This document shows, piece after piece, positions 12,300-26,020 of a stretch of 64,000 nt of DNA; the first letter of the stretch is position 1; each line of letters begins with the position of its first letter. The translations under genes were made by a program, and so were the position numbers. The notes under the pieces were generated by a model. It did no database searches. It was not told where the DNA came from and saw nothing but the letters and a program-made list of their open reading frames with translations. Location of the stretch: positions 8,155,095 through 8,219,094 of the forward strand of contig MU054391.1 in NCBI GenBank assembly GCA_013239625.1. The letters run 5' to 3'. Source of the stretch: Lama guanicoe. Taxonomy: Eukaryota.

Positions 12300-14770
12300 G
12301 TTAATGTTTCATGTTTTACCTACACTTAATAACAACATGGTTACATAGAATACATGCCGTAATACTACAAAACTGAAATCCAAAGTTAATAATATACCAT
12401 GGTGTTGAGAACTGGTTGTGTAGTTTATAGTCCTAACAAAAGAACAAAGAAAAATAAAAAAAGAAACATTATAAAGATTGAAAAGGGAAGAAAATCTGTC
12501 ATTATTTCCAGAAAATACTTTTTTCCAAATAGTACCCCAAAGGAATCTACAGATAATTATGCAATTAATGAGAGGGTTCAATGAGTTTGTCAGATACATG
12601 ATCATCACCAAGAGGAAAAAAGTATGTTTCTATTTACCAGCAATAGTTATAAAATGTGTTGTTTAAGAAGGATGTTATTTTCAACAGCAAGAAAAAATAT
12701 AATTCCCCTTAAATAAAAATTATAATGATATGCAAGACCTTAGAGAGAAAATTATACAATTTTATATTATGGCAATTAAAGATAACCTAAAAAAATGGAG
12801 AGATATATTAAGGACATGAATAGCAGCATCCAATATCATAAAAATGGTAACCTCAACAAAAAATTGTAGAGATGAATTATAATTCCAGTAAACTCAGAAC
12901 TTATTTGTGAGTATGGAAGCTAAATATTTTTTCCTATAATAGCAAAGAGTAAATATTTGCTAATACTCAATAAAGGAAAATTACGAGTCTTCTGTAGAGA
13001 TATCAAAATTATAATAAAAATATACTGACTACTGAGATTTTGTACAGTGATAAGTAAATGAGGATAGTATAGAGTGGAGGATATAGAGATAAATACATGT
13101 TTGATTTTTGATAAATCTTGCACTGATGTCAGTGGGAATAGAATGACAATTCTAAAGAATAGTACGTATATATGGGAAAATAAATTTGATTCTTATTCAC
13201 TGCATTCACAAAAATAAACTTTAGTGCATCTAAAAGTTTAAATATGAAAAGCTAAACTTGAATAATCAATATCAGAGAATATGCTTATGATCTTGAATAA
13301 CGAGAAACTTTTTAAGTAAAACTTAGAACAAATGTTAAAAGTCAAGCTTATAAATTGGACTATATAAAATTAAGGAACATTTGTTTATTAAGTTTCCATT
13401 AGGAGAGTGAACATGTAAAGCCACAAATTAAGAGAATATACATGTAATATGTAAATTCAACAAGATAAACAGAATATATAAAGAGGCTCACTAACTAAAA
13501 AGAAAAGATAGACTTCATTATATAATGGGAAAAGTACATTAACAGGCATTTCATTGAGAAGAAAATAGAAATATCCAAGAAAAAAAAAAGATGTTTAACC
13601 TCAAAAGCAATAAGTGGAATGCTTAAAATTAAAAACTAAAATGAGGCATCACTGTACCCTCAACAGAATGGGAAATATATATATATATTTATAAAATGCC
13701 AGTCTGCACCAAGCATGGGCAGTGTAAAACAAGGAGAATACAGACTAAATGGTAACTGGAATATAATTTAATAAATAATTTTGAAATAATAATCTGGAAC
13801 TACCTGAAAAACTGATTCCTTCTCACCTACGACCCTGGGATATGTATTCTAGAGTCTATAGTCAAAAGAAACTCTGTACATGTACCTACACCTGGAGACG
13901 TGGACCAGAAGGTTCAAAGAGGTGTTATCCACAACACAAACAACACAAGTCAGATTACCAACACAATGGTAGAGTCAAATAGCAGAACAGAATTCAGCAG
14001 TAGAATTAAGTATAATTATAAATATACACAAATGTAATTCAATGTAAAATAAATGGCTATATAATATATAATGTACAAAATATGGCTACTAGTGAAGACT
14101 ATTGAGAAGAAAATTCAATTAATTTTGACTTTACAGTGATTTTATTTACAAGAAGATCAAAATATGTAAAGTTAAAAATATTGCATAGGAATGCATATAT
14201 TTGTGATCAAATCCTATGGAAACAAAAGAAAATATTAAGAAACAGAAATGTTTTTTCTGAGTTGTATAAAAGGTCTAGGGTAACTGGGAAACTCACTGGA
14301 GTGTTCAGAATTATGTGCAGTTTTCTATTGTTTAAATTAATTGGTGTATATCTAGATGTTTGTTCTATTATTAATTAAACTGCATACGTATCTTATAAAT
14401 TATTTGTGTGCATGTTATAGCCCATAATATAAAAGGAAATATAAGAATAAAAGCCTTTTGACAAATGACCTAGAAGTTAAGCTTTTGCAGGAAAAAAAAA
14501 TCACATGCACAAAAATCTTCTAATATGATTCCATTTACACATAGCCAGAAACAGGTAAATCTAAGCTGTTAAGATCTAGAGAAGCATTATTAAAATATTC
14601 AGTATAGTGGGTTTTTTTTATGGGAGCAGGAGAATTACTATTGGGGTGTTGTTCTTAAGCTCAGCAGTAGTTTCCTAGGTCATCATTTTATTGTGATTCT
14701 TTAAACTCTACATTCATATTATATAGACTCTAATGTATGCACTTCATAATGTATATTTAAAATAAAATAA
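12300..14770 (+). mobile_element. Old L1 (L1ME-type) ORF2 3' half plus 3' UTR
   Basis: ccaaaggaatctacagata, aatgatatgcaagacctt, aaatggagagatata, aacaggcatttcattgagaagaaaata, tatgattccatttac. A-rich sense-strand bias. Confidence 0.8.
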
Positions 14771-14776
14771 CTAAAA

Positions 14777-14804
14777 GAAGGAAGGAAGGAAGGAAGGAAG
14801 GAAG
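14777..14804. repeat. (GAAG)7 microsatellite
   Basis: Directly visible at the end of the L1 A-rich tail. Confidence 0.95.
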
Positions 14805-15839
14805 TCAGATCCAAGTCTTTCTACACCAAAAATGGTGGTCAATGCAGGTGACTCATGATGACCATGCAGTAATAAACAGTTTTCCAAAATAAATTTATGT
14901 GTATCACCTCTTCCACTGTCTGTTTCAATAATTTCTGTATGTTACCAGTTTATATTTGGAATTTAATAATCTTGGGAAGGGTTGTACTCTTATAATCCTG
15001 CTTTATATTATATCCAATAGTTAATGCATCCGTTTTAGTTGTTTTGGTACAGTTTAGGATTATAAATTAAACGTCAATTTTTAGTATCAGTAAGTCGTAC
15101 ACTCCTTGTCCTTATTCTATTACTCTCTTAGACTAAAGCTAGATCACATTGCATATGAGAAGAAGTAAATTTTCCTGGATTTCTTCTAAAGATCTTGCTT
15201 ATCAAGATTATGCTTATCAAATAAAAGGATTATGTTGCTATAAGGAGACAATATTCATAGTGCCAAACAAAACCCATAAAATTGGTATCAAATTAATTCT
15301 TGTATAAATGAAGCAATTTTCCTTAATTCCATTCTTTCAACTGACTATTGGGCTTTTTCTCTTGTGCATTTTCTTCATCTCCAAATCAACTGAACTTTTC
15401 GTTCCTTCTTTACTTTTTGCTGATGACTCCGGATCTAGAGCTCCTACCTCTGGCTTCCATCCCATTCACCCAGGAATTTGCTAGCACATTAACCCTCCTG
15501 GAACCTGAGGTAGCAGAGGGGCTGCGGATCACTGTAGGACCACGTGACTCAATTCCTCTTGCTGCAAACATTTACCCTGTGTTTCTGAGTTCAAAAACAC
15601 AAATTATCTGCATCTGTCCTAGGGTCCTAAGAGTTTATATATTCTACTGAACCTGTGTTTCTCATCACCTATGAAATATGAGTCCGTTTACTGCACCTAT
15701 GATTTTTAGTACAGATCTCATTCACAGCGCCTGGCTTAGTGCCTTATACGTAGTTCAGGCCCAGTGAAGTTTGGTTAAAAATTAAATAATTAATTAGTTT
15801 GACATAATAAACTCATTTCCCCAATTTGCTGGTTGAGCC

Positions 15840-16460
15840 TTTCATTCACCCAACTATTTTGGGTTACATGCCAAATGAGTGTCAGATACTCTTCTAATAT
15901 TAAAACTACAGCAGTCGGTCAGACAAGTCCTTACCTCTGAGGCATCCATATTATTATAGGGATAGCTAACAATGAGACAAGAAAATAAATAAATACATAT
16001 GGGCAGGTAGGTAAAAAGTCATGTATATTAACGTGGGATGACAGACAATGATAGAAAGTGGGGTGGGCATGGTGATGGGGGATGGAGAGCGACTGCAGAC
16101 AACGTAGCCAAGGTGGGAATCTATGCTTTTCCAAAGGGTAACGTTTGAGCTGATATCTGAATGTGAAAAAGCAACCAGCCATGGGAAAGTCTGGGGGAAA
16201 ACATTACTCTAGGCCGATAAACAGAACGCAAAAACACTCTGACGCAGGAACCAGCTTGTCATTTTCAAGGAACAGCAAGACTGACAATGTGACTATGCTT
16301 GGGGTGAGTGATACTGTTTGAGATGATGAGGATGACTGTGCAAGAACTGTATCATATTGGCCTTGTAGGGCAAGATAGGGGTTAGGGACATATTCTAGGG
16401 AAGATTAAAGGCCATCAGAGGGTTTTGAGCAAATGACTGATACGTTATGACGCATTATCT
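15840..16460 (-). mobile_element. L2 3' region
   Basis: Begins ttcattca (reverse complement of the L2 TGAA tail). Contains tttgagctgatatctgaatg, caaggaacagcaag, ggccatcagagggttttgagc. Confidence 0.8.
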
Positions 16461-16639
16461 CAAACCATATGAAAAGTCTAATACATGACATTTTGACCTA
16501 TAAAATATTGGTTCCCTATGTCTCATCATAATACCAAAAAAAAAAAAATCGATTCAGCCAGAAGTAATCATGATGGAGTAAAATGAACCAATGTGGCAGT
16601 TCATGTGAAGGTAGAGCTGATGTAACTTGCAGGTAGATT

Positions 16640-16860
16640 GGTCTATTTCCTTCCTTCTCTTAGCCTCTTTCTTACACTGATCTTTTGTTCAGTTTCAGAC
16701 TTAGCATTGTTTACCTTACAAGCTACATCAGAGCCTTCTTTTCCCTTTTTGCTACAATCCTGTGGTAGTCTCCAAGCTCCCCCAGTCTCAGTCTCCCTGG
16801 GTGTTTTGCACCCATCTTCTCCATCCCAAAGGTCAGCTTTACACTCAGACTTCCTTTGAA
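16640..16860 (+). mobile_element. L2 remnant
   Basis: Pyrimidine-rich L2-like stretch gctacaatcctgtggtagtctccaagctcccccagtctc...aggtcagcttt. Confidence 0.45.
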
Positions 16861-17199
16861 ATAGATGGAAATGAATTGTGTAAGATGCAGTCACGTGTCT
16901 GAGATGCTGATGTGTTTCTTTGTGCCCAGCTCTAGTCAAAACTAGGAACCCACAGACTTCGGACCCTGCACACTTTAGTAAGTGATTATTGAACACCTAA
17001 TTTGTGTTAGGCAAATCCACGTGTTATTTCACTTAATTCTCACAGAAGATGTGACAGTCACTTCTCACAGATGAAGACTGAGCATTAAGTCCTGCAGAAG
17101 ATCCCCAGGTACTGAGAACCTTGGATGTATTTTAATTAACACCATTCATTTATTAAAGTCAAGAGACTGCACCAGGAAAATGATAGCATTATTACAATA

Positions 17200-17370
17200 A
17201 ATCTCTTAAATGCTCCTTAAAATTGTAACTGCTGATCTTATTACAAATGAGGAAAGAGATGAGCAAAGAGAATAAATAACTTGATTAAATGGAGCTAGGC
17301 ATTGGCAGAGTGAGGATTCAAATCAAGTTCACCATCATTCCAAAACATGTGCTCTTTCCCTTACAAATGA
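17200..17370 (-). mobile_element. MIR remnant
   Basis: ttacaaatgaggaaa...tggcagagtgaggattcaaatcaag...ttccaaaacatgtgctcttt. Confidence 0.6.
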
Positions 17371-18107
17371 ATGCCAGTCTCTTGACTATCCAATTAATTT
17401 TCTTTCCATTACTTATCACAGTTTTTCCTCACATTTAAATATCACAGTTTATACTTTAATATCATAAAGTCATAGACATTAGTTCATGAAACTTTTACGA
17501 CCTTTTAAATATAGAAACTGAGTTTGACATGCAGCCTAAAAAAATGCATAACGGATAGTGGAAACAACATAGCCTGACTTCCAGTCTGATACTCTTTCTG
17601 TAATAGAGCCTTGCTTTTCATAAGGAGCAACTACCTTAAAATAAAATACACTTTGAAGAATATTTTTATAATGCACTCTGTGCAGTTTTTTAAAGCCTAC
17701 CTTTACTTTTTCCTAAGTAAAAACAATTGCTATAGTCATTTTTTTTTCAAAGCACCTCTCAGCAAACTGTTGTCCACACTATTTCGCATCTGGCTCCGCT
17801 CCTCACAGATGTTCTAGTAGTAAAGATAGCTGAAGAGAAATAAGAGTCAGAGAACAGCAAGAATCTGAGATGGGAAATACGCTCCCCCGTTTATTTTCAG
17901 TCTATAGTTTTCTATGTAACAATAGACATTCTAGAAAGATTGTTAGGTCTGGAAGGGTTTCCCGAACTTTCAGGGCAGAGGTTGTCTGAAGTCAGAATGG
18001 CATGCGTGCCGAATCACGAGTGCACTGTAGTAAGAAACAGTTGTCAAGTTTACAAGCTCATGGAAGCTGATAATTAATGTCACTGTGTATTCACTCTTGA
18101 AAGATTC

Positions 18108-18585
18108 TGTATAAGTATCCTATTGCTGCTATAACAAATTATCACAAACTTGATGGCTTAAAACTGGATGAATTTCTTATCTGACAGGTCTGTAGGTCAG
18201 TAGGTCTTACAGAGTTAAAGTCTTGGTGGGGCTGCATTCTCTTGCGGATGCTCCAGCAAAGATTTCATTTCTTTGCTGCTTCTGGCTTCTGGAAGCCACA
18301 GGTTTTTCCTGGGCTTCTGGTTCTCTCCCTCCAATTTAAAGCCAGCAATAGCAGATTGCATTAATCTCACATCATAACTCTCTGAACCCCTCTTCTGCCT
18401 CTATTTCCATTTCTTAGTACCCTTGTGATCACATGGGAATAATTCAGGATAATCTCCCTTCATTAAGGTCAAGTTGATCAACAATTTTAATTTCGTATGA
18501 ATTCTTAATTTTTCTTTTCTGTGTAACACAACATATCCACAGGTTCTGGGGACAGGGATGTGGACCTTTCGGAGGTTATGATGAT
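18108..18585 (-). mobile_element. MLT1 (MaLR) solo LTR, MLT1C-like
   Basis: tgtataagtatcctattgctgctataacaaattatcacaaacttgatggcttaaaa...ataattcaggataatctccc...cacaggttctgggga. Confidence 0.85.
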
Positions 18586-18679
18586 GACATAGATGACTTA
18601 CGAGTTTTTCCCAAAATCATAACCACTATTGCAGTTTAAAGAAAATTACTTACTCACATGTCAAAGAATACTAATTGAA

Positions 18680-20085
18680 TGGCAGTTCTGGTTATCAATG
18701 GAAGAAATTCATGAAACTTATTTAAATGTACAGGAAATAGGTAATTTCTGCATGCAATCATGATACTATTTGTCCACTCACCAAAAAACTATAACATTGG
18801 ACAAAATATACAAGGAAATTGTGCCTACAGATAACAAGTGACATAGTACTATGATCCTTCAAAGAATGGGAACATATAAATTGAAGGCCACGTCTGCCCA
18901 GGTCACTTGATTGAGGACACTGTCTGTGTGACCCAGGGAAGTGGGACACAAGGCAAGAGTCCTGGGCAGATTGGAGGTCAGGCAAGTTGGAGCAGAAAAG
19001 CCTGGGATTTACAAAGAGCATGAGAGACAGAAGAGCTGGACAGAGGGGTCTGGAGTGTGACACTCGACACAAGAAGTAGAGAGGAAGGAGCAAGACTACA
19101 GAGTCAGTCCAGCCTAGGTCTTTGGCAAGAGTTGACTATGCATGCACTGTTGGAGGCTCCAAAAGGCATCAGAGACTGCCAGCTGTGGGGCTGAGAAATG
19201 AACGGCAATATCAGAGAACATGAAACGTTGCGAGACATTGGACTTTCAGTCCAGCCACGTCAGGAGACCACTTTGGCATCCTCAAGCCTCAGGTTGAGAT
19301 GTCAGAAAGTTCATGAGTTGGGAGTCAGGATCATTCTCTATAATTGGAGAGATGCTGGAGGACTAAGGAGAAGTGAAACAGACTCACTCTAACAAGAAAT
19401 AAAGACAAGACTAGTAGGACTAAAGGTTTGTGCCAGGAATTCAACTGCCTGTGAGAATAAAGTTCAACATGCATCACAGGTACGCACCATAATCCCGTCT
19501 CCCTATAACGTCCATAAAAATAAAGACAAAAGACAGCAATAAAAGCAGACCCTGAGATGAAGCAGATTAGAGCCAGCAGACAAGGACTTTAAAGAAACTA
19601 TTGCAGATATCTTCAAGGACCTAAGGGCAGAGATGAGTCCATATGAGGGAAGAGATGGAGAACCACGTGAGAAACAGAAACCATAAAAAAGGGCCAAATA
19701 GAAATTCTAGAAATAAAAACTAAAGTATCTGAATGTTTTAAATAATCACTGAATGAATTTAACAGCAGACTGTAACTGGAAAAAAAAAACAGTTTCTTCT
19801 TTAAACACAATGAGGAAGTTGTGTATAACTTAGTGGTAGAGTGTGTGTTTAGCAGGTGTGAGGTCTTGCTTTCAATCCCCAGTACCTCCATTAAAATTTT
19901 TAAAAATTTATTTAAAGACAGATAATGGAAATTATCTTATGTGAAGAACATAGAGAAAAACAAGTGAAAAAAGTGAACAGGGTGATCTGATGGACAATAT
20001 CAAGTGGTCTAACACGTATTTAATTGTTGTAAGAGGAAAAGAGAATAGTTTAGAAAAAAAATGCATTTGAAGAAATCATTGTTAG
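18680..20085 (+). mobile_element. Old L1M 5' UTR and ORF1 remnant, interrupted by a SINE
   Basis: cagacaaggactttaaag, ccaaatagaaattctagaaataaaaa, atttaacagcagact, ggacaatatcaagtggtctaacacgta, atttgaagaaatcat. Confidence 0.75.
19812..19910 (+). mobile_element. tRNA-Ala-derived camelid-type SINE, more diverged copy
   Basis: tataacttagtggtagagtgtgtgtttagcaggtgtgaggtcttgctttcaatccccagtacctccattaaaa. TSD tttaaacaca (19800-19809) / tttaaagaca (19911-19920). Confidence 0.85.
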
Positions 20086-23000
20086 ATTTGTCCTGCAGCT
20101 GGAACTGTTAATTTTAACCATCGCTAGACTGGGCGTGGGCGACAGTAGAGGAGGAGGCAGTATCGCACGAGGACAAGCGCTCTTTGTCCGTGGGTCCAGG
20201 CAGGCCAGGTGCAGGAGAAATCGGGACGCTTTGAGTAGGTTCCTAGCAGCAGACTCAGGGCAGCGTGAGGTGAGGACAGAGCAGAGCTCCTGCAGGCTTC
20301 TCCCCACCAGTAGAGAGAGGTCCTGCTGCCGGACGTGTGGACAGTTCACATTCCCAAGGAAATGCCGGGTATAGACTCTGGACTCCAGATAAGCAGCAAT
20401 TCTCAGCAACCCTTGGTCCCAGATTGTGATGTAGAAATTTCAGAGGAGTGACAAAGCATAGGGAAGGTGTTCTTTTTAAAGTAATAGCATGAAAGGGAAA
20501 GAAAGAAAAGTCCTTTCTTATTTCCCATGAAAAACTGCCTCTTGATACGAAGTTTTACGTTTTAATTAATATGTGCAACTCTGGTGGGTGGGATGTTTGT
20601 TTCACAGTTTTATCAGAATCATGTCTTATGTAGTAAAGTAAAAGCCACAGAGTGTGGATACTTTCATATTTTTCTCTTCTGTAAAAGGGGGAAAATCACA
20701 TTATTTTTATTGTGAGGGTCTCATCTATTCAAGATTTACAGAACAATAATTGGCCAACCAGAGCCCTTTGGCTTATATAGAAGTGTTTTTTGTTTGTTTG
20801 TTTTTTGTTTTGATTTGTCAGTAACTTCTGACAGTAGTTTTGCGTGGCTGATGAAAGGTTCCTGTTTGGTTCCTGTCACAGTCCTCAGCTGAGGAACACA
20901 ATGTTACACACTGACTGGGGTCTGTGATCTTATTACAGCATTTCCTCTCCGCGCTCACAGGAGGACTGAATGCTGACACTTAAAGGTTCTGTTTTTCTGG
21001 TTTACAACGTCCCTTGATGTTAACAAGACATGGCAGTGCTTAGGCTCGGTTGATTTACCAACATGATTTGTTGTCACTCTCATTATGGAATGTGACATCG
21101 AGATGTGTGGTCATCAAACCTAATCAGATATGAATACCTAAAACCTTCAACACCCCGCGGAGGGGAGAGCAATCATCATCATTCCGGGTACCACCATCCG
21201 GTGAAGGCGGGTTTCAGCTCATCTTGTTACTGAACTGCTCTTTCTCCAGATTCGTCCTTGTACGAAGTGCCCTTTCCCTTCCGCCCTCTCCTGCACATCC
21301 CTCTAAGGAATGTGAGCTTGTGTGGACGCATCGGTGGGTAAGAGCACAGAGAAGGAGTAGTAACAGGTGATTATTCTTTAAACTAAAGGCCTTACGAACA
21401 CTTTCATTTTTATAAACCTAACTTACTAATATTTGTTAAACCCATCTACAGAATCAAAAAACACACATAAACCTACCACTCTAAATGACTGCGGAAATCA
21501 ATCAAAGTGATTGGCAGGATTCAAGCTTTTCTTTTGTTTCCCATTTAAAGTGGTTCCCCCAAAATATCACACTCAACTTTTGACTTTTATAAATTTTCTC
21601 ACAATCTATTTTTTTAATTATATAAATATCCTGAATACGGGTTATACCTTTATTAAATTAAAAATCTTTCGTGTCTATCTTAGAGACAACGTTTAAACTC
21701 GGGCTTTTGTTAGAGCAAGAATACGGAACTCCTCTGCTCCAAGGAGCGGCCTTTATTCCCATTTTTGAATCATGAACATCTTACGACATGTACACTGTTC
21801 TACGTTCAGAAAGTTGTAGCGCTCACGCTCATGTTTCTTCTTTTCATCCCACCATGTGCATCTACTAAAGCAAAGCCAGGCTACTGAGGCAGCTGTGTGC
21901 CAAGGCCAGGGACTCAGCGTTGGGCGCGTGGGAGTGAATGGGAGTGAAGTCAGAGACCCTCTTCTCAGGGACTCACTTGGGGGCCAGAGAGGAAATGTGT
22001 TGTCTTATAATATTTACATAGTGAAAACTTCATTTTACTTAAAAATAGGCAAAATAGGATTTATTCTAAGACCCTCCACTTGCTAGCAATATAATTTATG
22101 ACACATTCTCTAAAACGTGTGAACCTCGGTTTCTTTTGTTAGAGAATGAGACCCAACTCACAGGATCACTATGAGGATCACTTACCTCACTTAGAACAGC
22201 CAAACAATTCTGTTCAAAGGTTATTACTTTATATCTCCTGAGTGTAAATGACGACTCTAAACTACACATACATTTGGAAAGCATTCTTCCAGAGCTCCAC
22301 CTTTGATGCCAGGTGACATGGCAGCTACAGGTAAACCCCTGTGATGGTAAAGATACGCGTAAAGAATCCTGGGCCCCATAGGAGCTTGTCTGATCAGGAC
22401 ACAGATATCAGTGCCAGTCTGGAGCCAGTAAACTTTGTTGGGTGTTGTCTGTCAAACGTGGGAAGCAACTGAGTTACTCACAGTTAGCCTGGTCTTTAGG
22501 TAGAAATGAATCTCTAATATTTTTCAGCTCCCTGAATTCAGACATAATGACTGAAATAAAGCTTTGTGGTTTTGCAAAGCATTATATGCTTTACAGAATG
22601 TCTGCCCTCATTATCTCTAGGAGGTAAACTCACCAGCATTACGTAAGCCGTATGTCCAATAGACAGAGTCAAAGTCAGAGGCAGAACCTGGCTTCGAGAC
22701 CCCTACATCTGGATCTAATGTGTTAAACATCGCGTTACGTTGCCCGTTTATATAAATCAATGTAAAGCCCAGCAACACCCACTAAACCAGAGGCTCAGAG
22801 GACCAAGTGATGCTAATATCCAGGGACTTCATAAAGGAAATAGAAACTTGAACTTACTGCGCATATGTTATGCATATATTATGATTTTGTTCTTTTCTCC
22901 CCTCCTAAAAAAAAGTACAAGGGTGGTAAAAGTATTAGGGAATTGAGGCTGGAAAAAAAAATCAGGGAACTTGACTAAGATTCCAGAAAATTCTCATAAA

Positions 23001-24077
23001 GGCGCACCTCTGGGTTTGATCCTAGGTCTGACTGATTACCAAACCTGTTACTCCTGTGATTTCTTATTACTTGTTCTTCCGACATAAAGAATCAAAGAAG
23101 ATGAAATATTCATATTTATGCAAATCGGACCTCTTTTAATTCCTCTCCAGAGGTATTGCTTCCACTCCAGCTTCTCCAGACTAAAATATTTTCATTTTAA
23201 GAAAGTTCTGTTTCATAAAGCAAGTTACATGATGTCTAACAGAGCTCATCATTCCTATATTTATAAACCTTAATCTCTGTATCTCTCTTTCTATAAAAGT
23301 CTAAACTAAAAGTCTGCAGAATTTAAGAGTTATATTCTTTTCTTCATGAAAAAATAGCAGAAAGGAAGTTGAGTACTTAACTACAAGTGACACTAAATAT
23401 TGGAATTAATTCCTAGATTAAAATAATCGGTGTGACCTCTGATTAAATACTTGAGCTTTAGCTATTAAACACGCAAGCACTTTAGCAGAGCATGGGTACC
23501 AAAGTCACAATAACCTTCCTTGAAATATAACCGTAATAACTTGTATTCTGTTACAAATGTATAAGGTAGTAAGTAACCACTCTTACACATTTATGTACAC
23601 TATGAAGTCTGAACTGCTCCTGACCCTCTTAAACAAATGGCCCGTTATTGAGTGCAGTGTTTGGAAAATGTCTTTGAAATGCATACATCATCACAGAATT
23701 GACAGCCCGATGCTGAGAGAGGGGAGAAGAATGAAAGACATCACATTCCGGGTGCGCTGAGGCTCTAGAAGTTTATACTTGGATGACTTCACTTAGCGTC
23801 AGAGGTGGCGAAGACCAGGGACTGTAGGTTTTAGATATTATTTTTTTCTTTCAGGAAAGCATTCTCTTAAGTGCTACTACCACAGTTTTTACCTGTTTTG
23901 TCTTGTCTGTCCCTTCTTATCGAAGACTGAATCAGAGCGATTAAGGAACTCGGCATGAAGTGTGAACTTCTTATTTTTCAGACAGAAGGTAAACTTTACA
24001 TGTGATGACTCCAACTGAAGAAAATAATCTCTAAGTTCACCGAACTCTCTTTGCCTTAATTTTAATACTCATGCTCA

Positions 24078-24440
24078 CGGTGGGGAGGGGCAAATTTCCC
24101 GCTTACCCTTCTTGATTCTTTTGGCTATTCTAATAATTAAATTAAAACAAGTCAATAGGAGAAAAAAAGAAAAAAACAATTTCATTCATATTCACAGAGT
24201 TCTCATAGAAATAGGAGCTAAGAGGTAGACAAAACAGGCAGCTTTTATAAATTTTATATACAAAGAAATAGTACGTTTGTGAGGATTTGGCAGGACAAAG
24301 AAACTTAGGCTTGGGGTAGTAAATTAGTAAAGAAGTAACAAGGTTTGTTTATAGAGGCTTCTGAATCCCCCGTCACTGGTGATACAGGTGTCCATCTACA
24401 TCCAGATGCAGAGCGGGCAGCTTTCTCAGGAGACAGGGAC
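24078..24440 (-). mobile_element. ERV1-class LTR fragment
   Basis: ggggcaaatttcccgcttacccttcttgattcttttggct...aggagaaaaaaagaaaaaaacaatttcatt resembles the antisense 3' end of laurasiatherian ERV1 LTRs. Family not determined. Confidence 0.45.
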
Positions 24441-24589
24441 ATAATATATGTATTATTGTATATGACTGTATGTATTATATAATATGTATTATTTTTAGAT
24501 CTCTCTTTCTAATGGTTCACTATTGAAAACGCAGGTTAGATCAAAAAGCTTAGAGTTTGAAAAAGTTGTCATAAAATAGAAAAAACAAA

Positions 24590-24820
24590 AACATTATGAA
24601 TTTGACATTTGGGCTTTAATCCTGGCTTTTCTACTCAAAACAATGTAAGTTTGGGTAACTTTCTTTATCTTGTTTGTCCTGACACTTTAGTTAATTCATA
24701 CATAAAATAGAATGAATAGCACCTCTCTTACATCTATATGTGAAGTAAATAATCTACACATACACTTGCACATTGTTTGACATGTTTTACATACATAGAT
24801 ATAATACTCAATAATGTTTT
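24590..24820 (+). mobile_element. MIR remnant
   Basis: tttgggctttaatcctggcttttctact...tttgggtaact...ataaaatagaatgaatagcacct...actcaataa. Confidence 0.55.
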
Positions 24821-25949
24821 AAATAGAACTAAGACACTTTATCGAAGTGTTTTGTAACTAACTTTCTTTTCGTCTGTTTATTTGTCTATTTTGTGTGGAA
24901 AGCTAGTGTTGTGCTTTCAACATTTCTGAGATGGGTATTGCCTTAGGCCCACGTCTACCCCGGAAGTACATCTACATAAACACACAACAGAGAGCCATTT
25001 GGAGAAGAAAACTTTATCTATATTCGAAGTGTGGGGTGCGGGGGCAGAATGTCGTATCAAAGATTCTGAAGAGTAATCACAAAGCACGGTGTACTCTGGG
25101 GAAGGGAACAAGGCCCAGAAATGTATTTGCCATTGGACACAGGAGGTAAGCAGAAGTTCCCAGGGGCCTTAATAAGAACCCTCAGTCTGGACAGTATGGA
25201 TTTGGAGACAACACGTAAGGCTCATTTTGTTCATAAGGGAAAACAATAAAGGCAAGAGGAAAGGTAACCTTCCATGTGTGTGAGCTGGTCTTCTTCTGGC
25301 AAAACTGATCTCCTAATTGGAAGGAACGAGGCCAAACACACGTCTACGGCAGCAGTGGAACCAAGTTTGTAGCTGCTGCTGAGAATGAACCGTGCGTGTG
25401 TAACAGTGTTCTGGCCAAGAAATCCTGACATTTTGTCATGGCCTCCAAGGCTCCTCAAAGCAAAGCAAATGGGACTCAATTAAGAGAGAAACCTTTTCTT
25501 TACCACTAAATATGAAATATTGCTCTGGCATGTTCAGGACAAGTACATGTTAACGGATTTTTTTAAAAAGCAGGTACAAAGGTTCAAGTTGTGACGTCTA
25601 GAGTTACAATCCTCTCCCAAGTTCAAGGGCAAAAAATAGCATAAAAATTTACATTCAGCTTGGCAACTCAAAGTTGGAGAATAAATGTCTAAACTGTTCA
25701 GGTGAAAATGGAGGCAAATCATGGAATTTCCACCACTCATGTGTTGTTTTATCAAGTAGAGAGCTAAAGATACACAGAGTTGTACCCATCCAAAATTGTT
25801 TTAAAAAAATGACAGACATCTGGGATACACAAATGCATGTAAGTGCACTCTTGCAAACTAAAAAAAGCAGAAGGATTAATGAAAAGTATTTTTAAAAGAG
25901 TCAAACCACAACATCCCAAACACTGAGAAACTCACTTAAGAATCATATC

Positions 25950-25988
25950 TATATACTTAAATTATATATATATATATATATATTTAAG

Positions 25989-26020
<32 letters not shown>

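Noticed and set aside
16643..16996. 117-aa hydrophilic ORF with an acceptor-like site
   Set aside because: It is the purine-rich antisense reading of a decayed L2 segment and has no recognisable homology.
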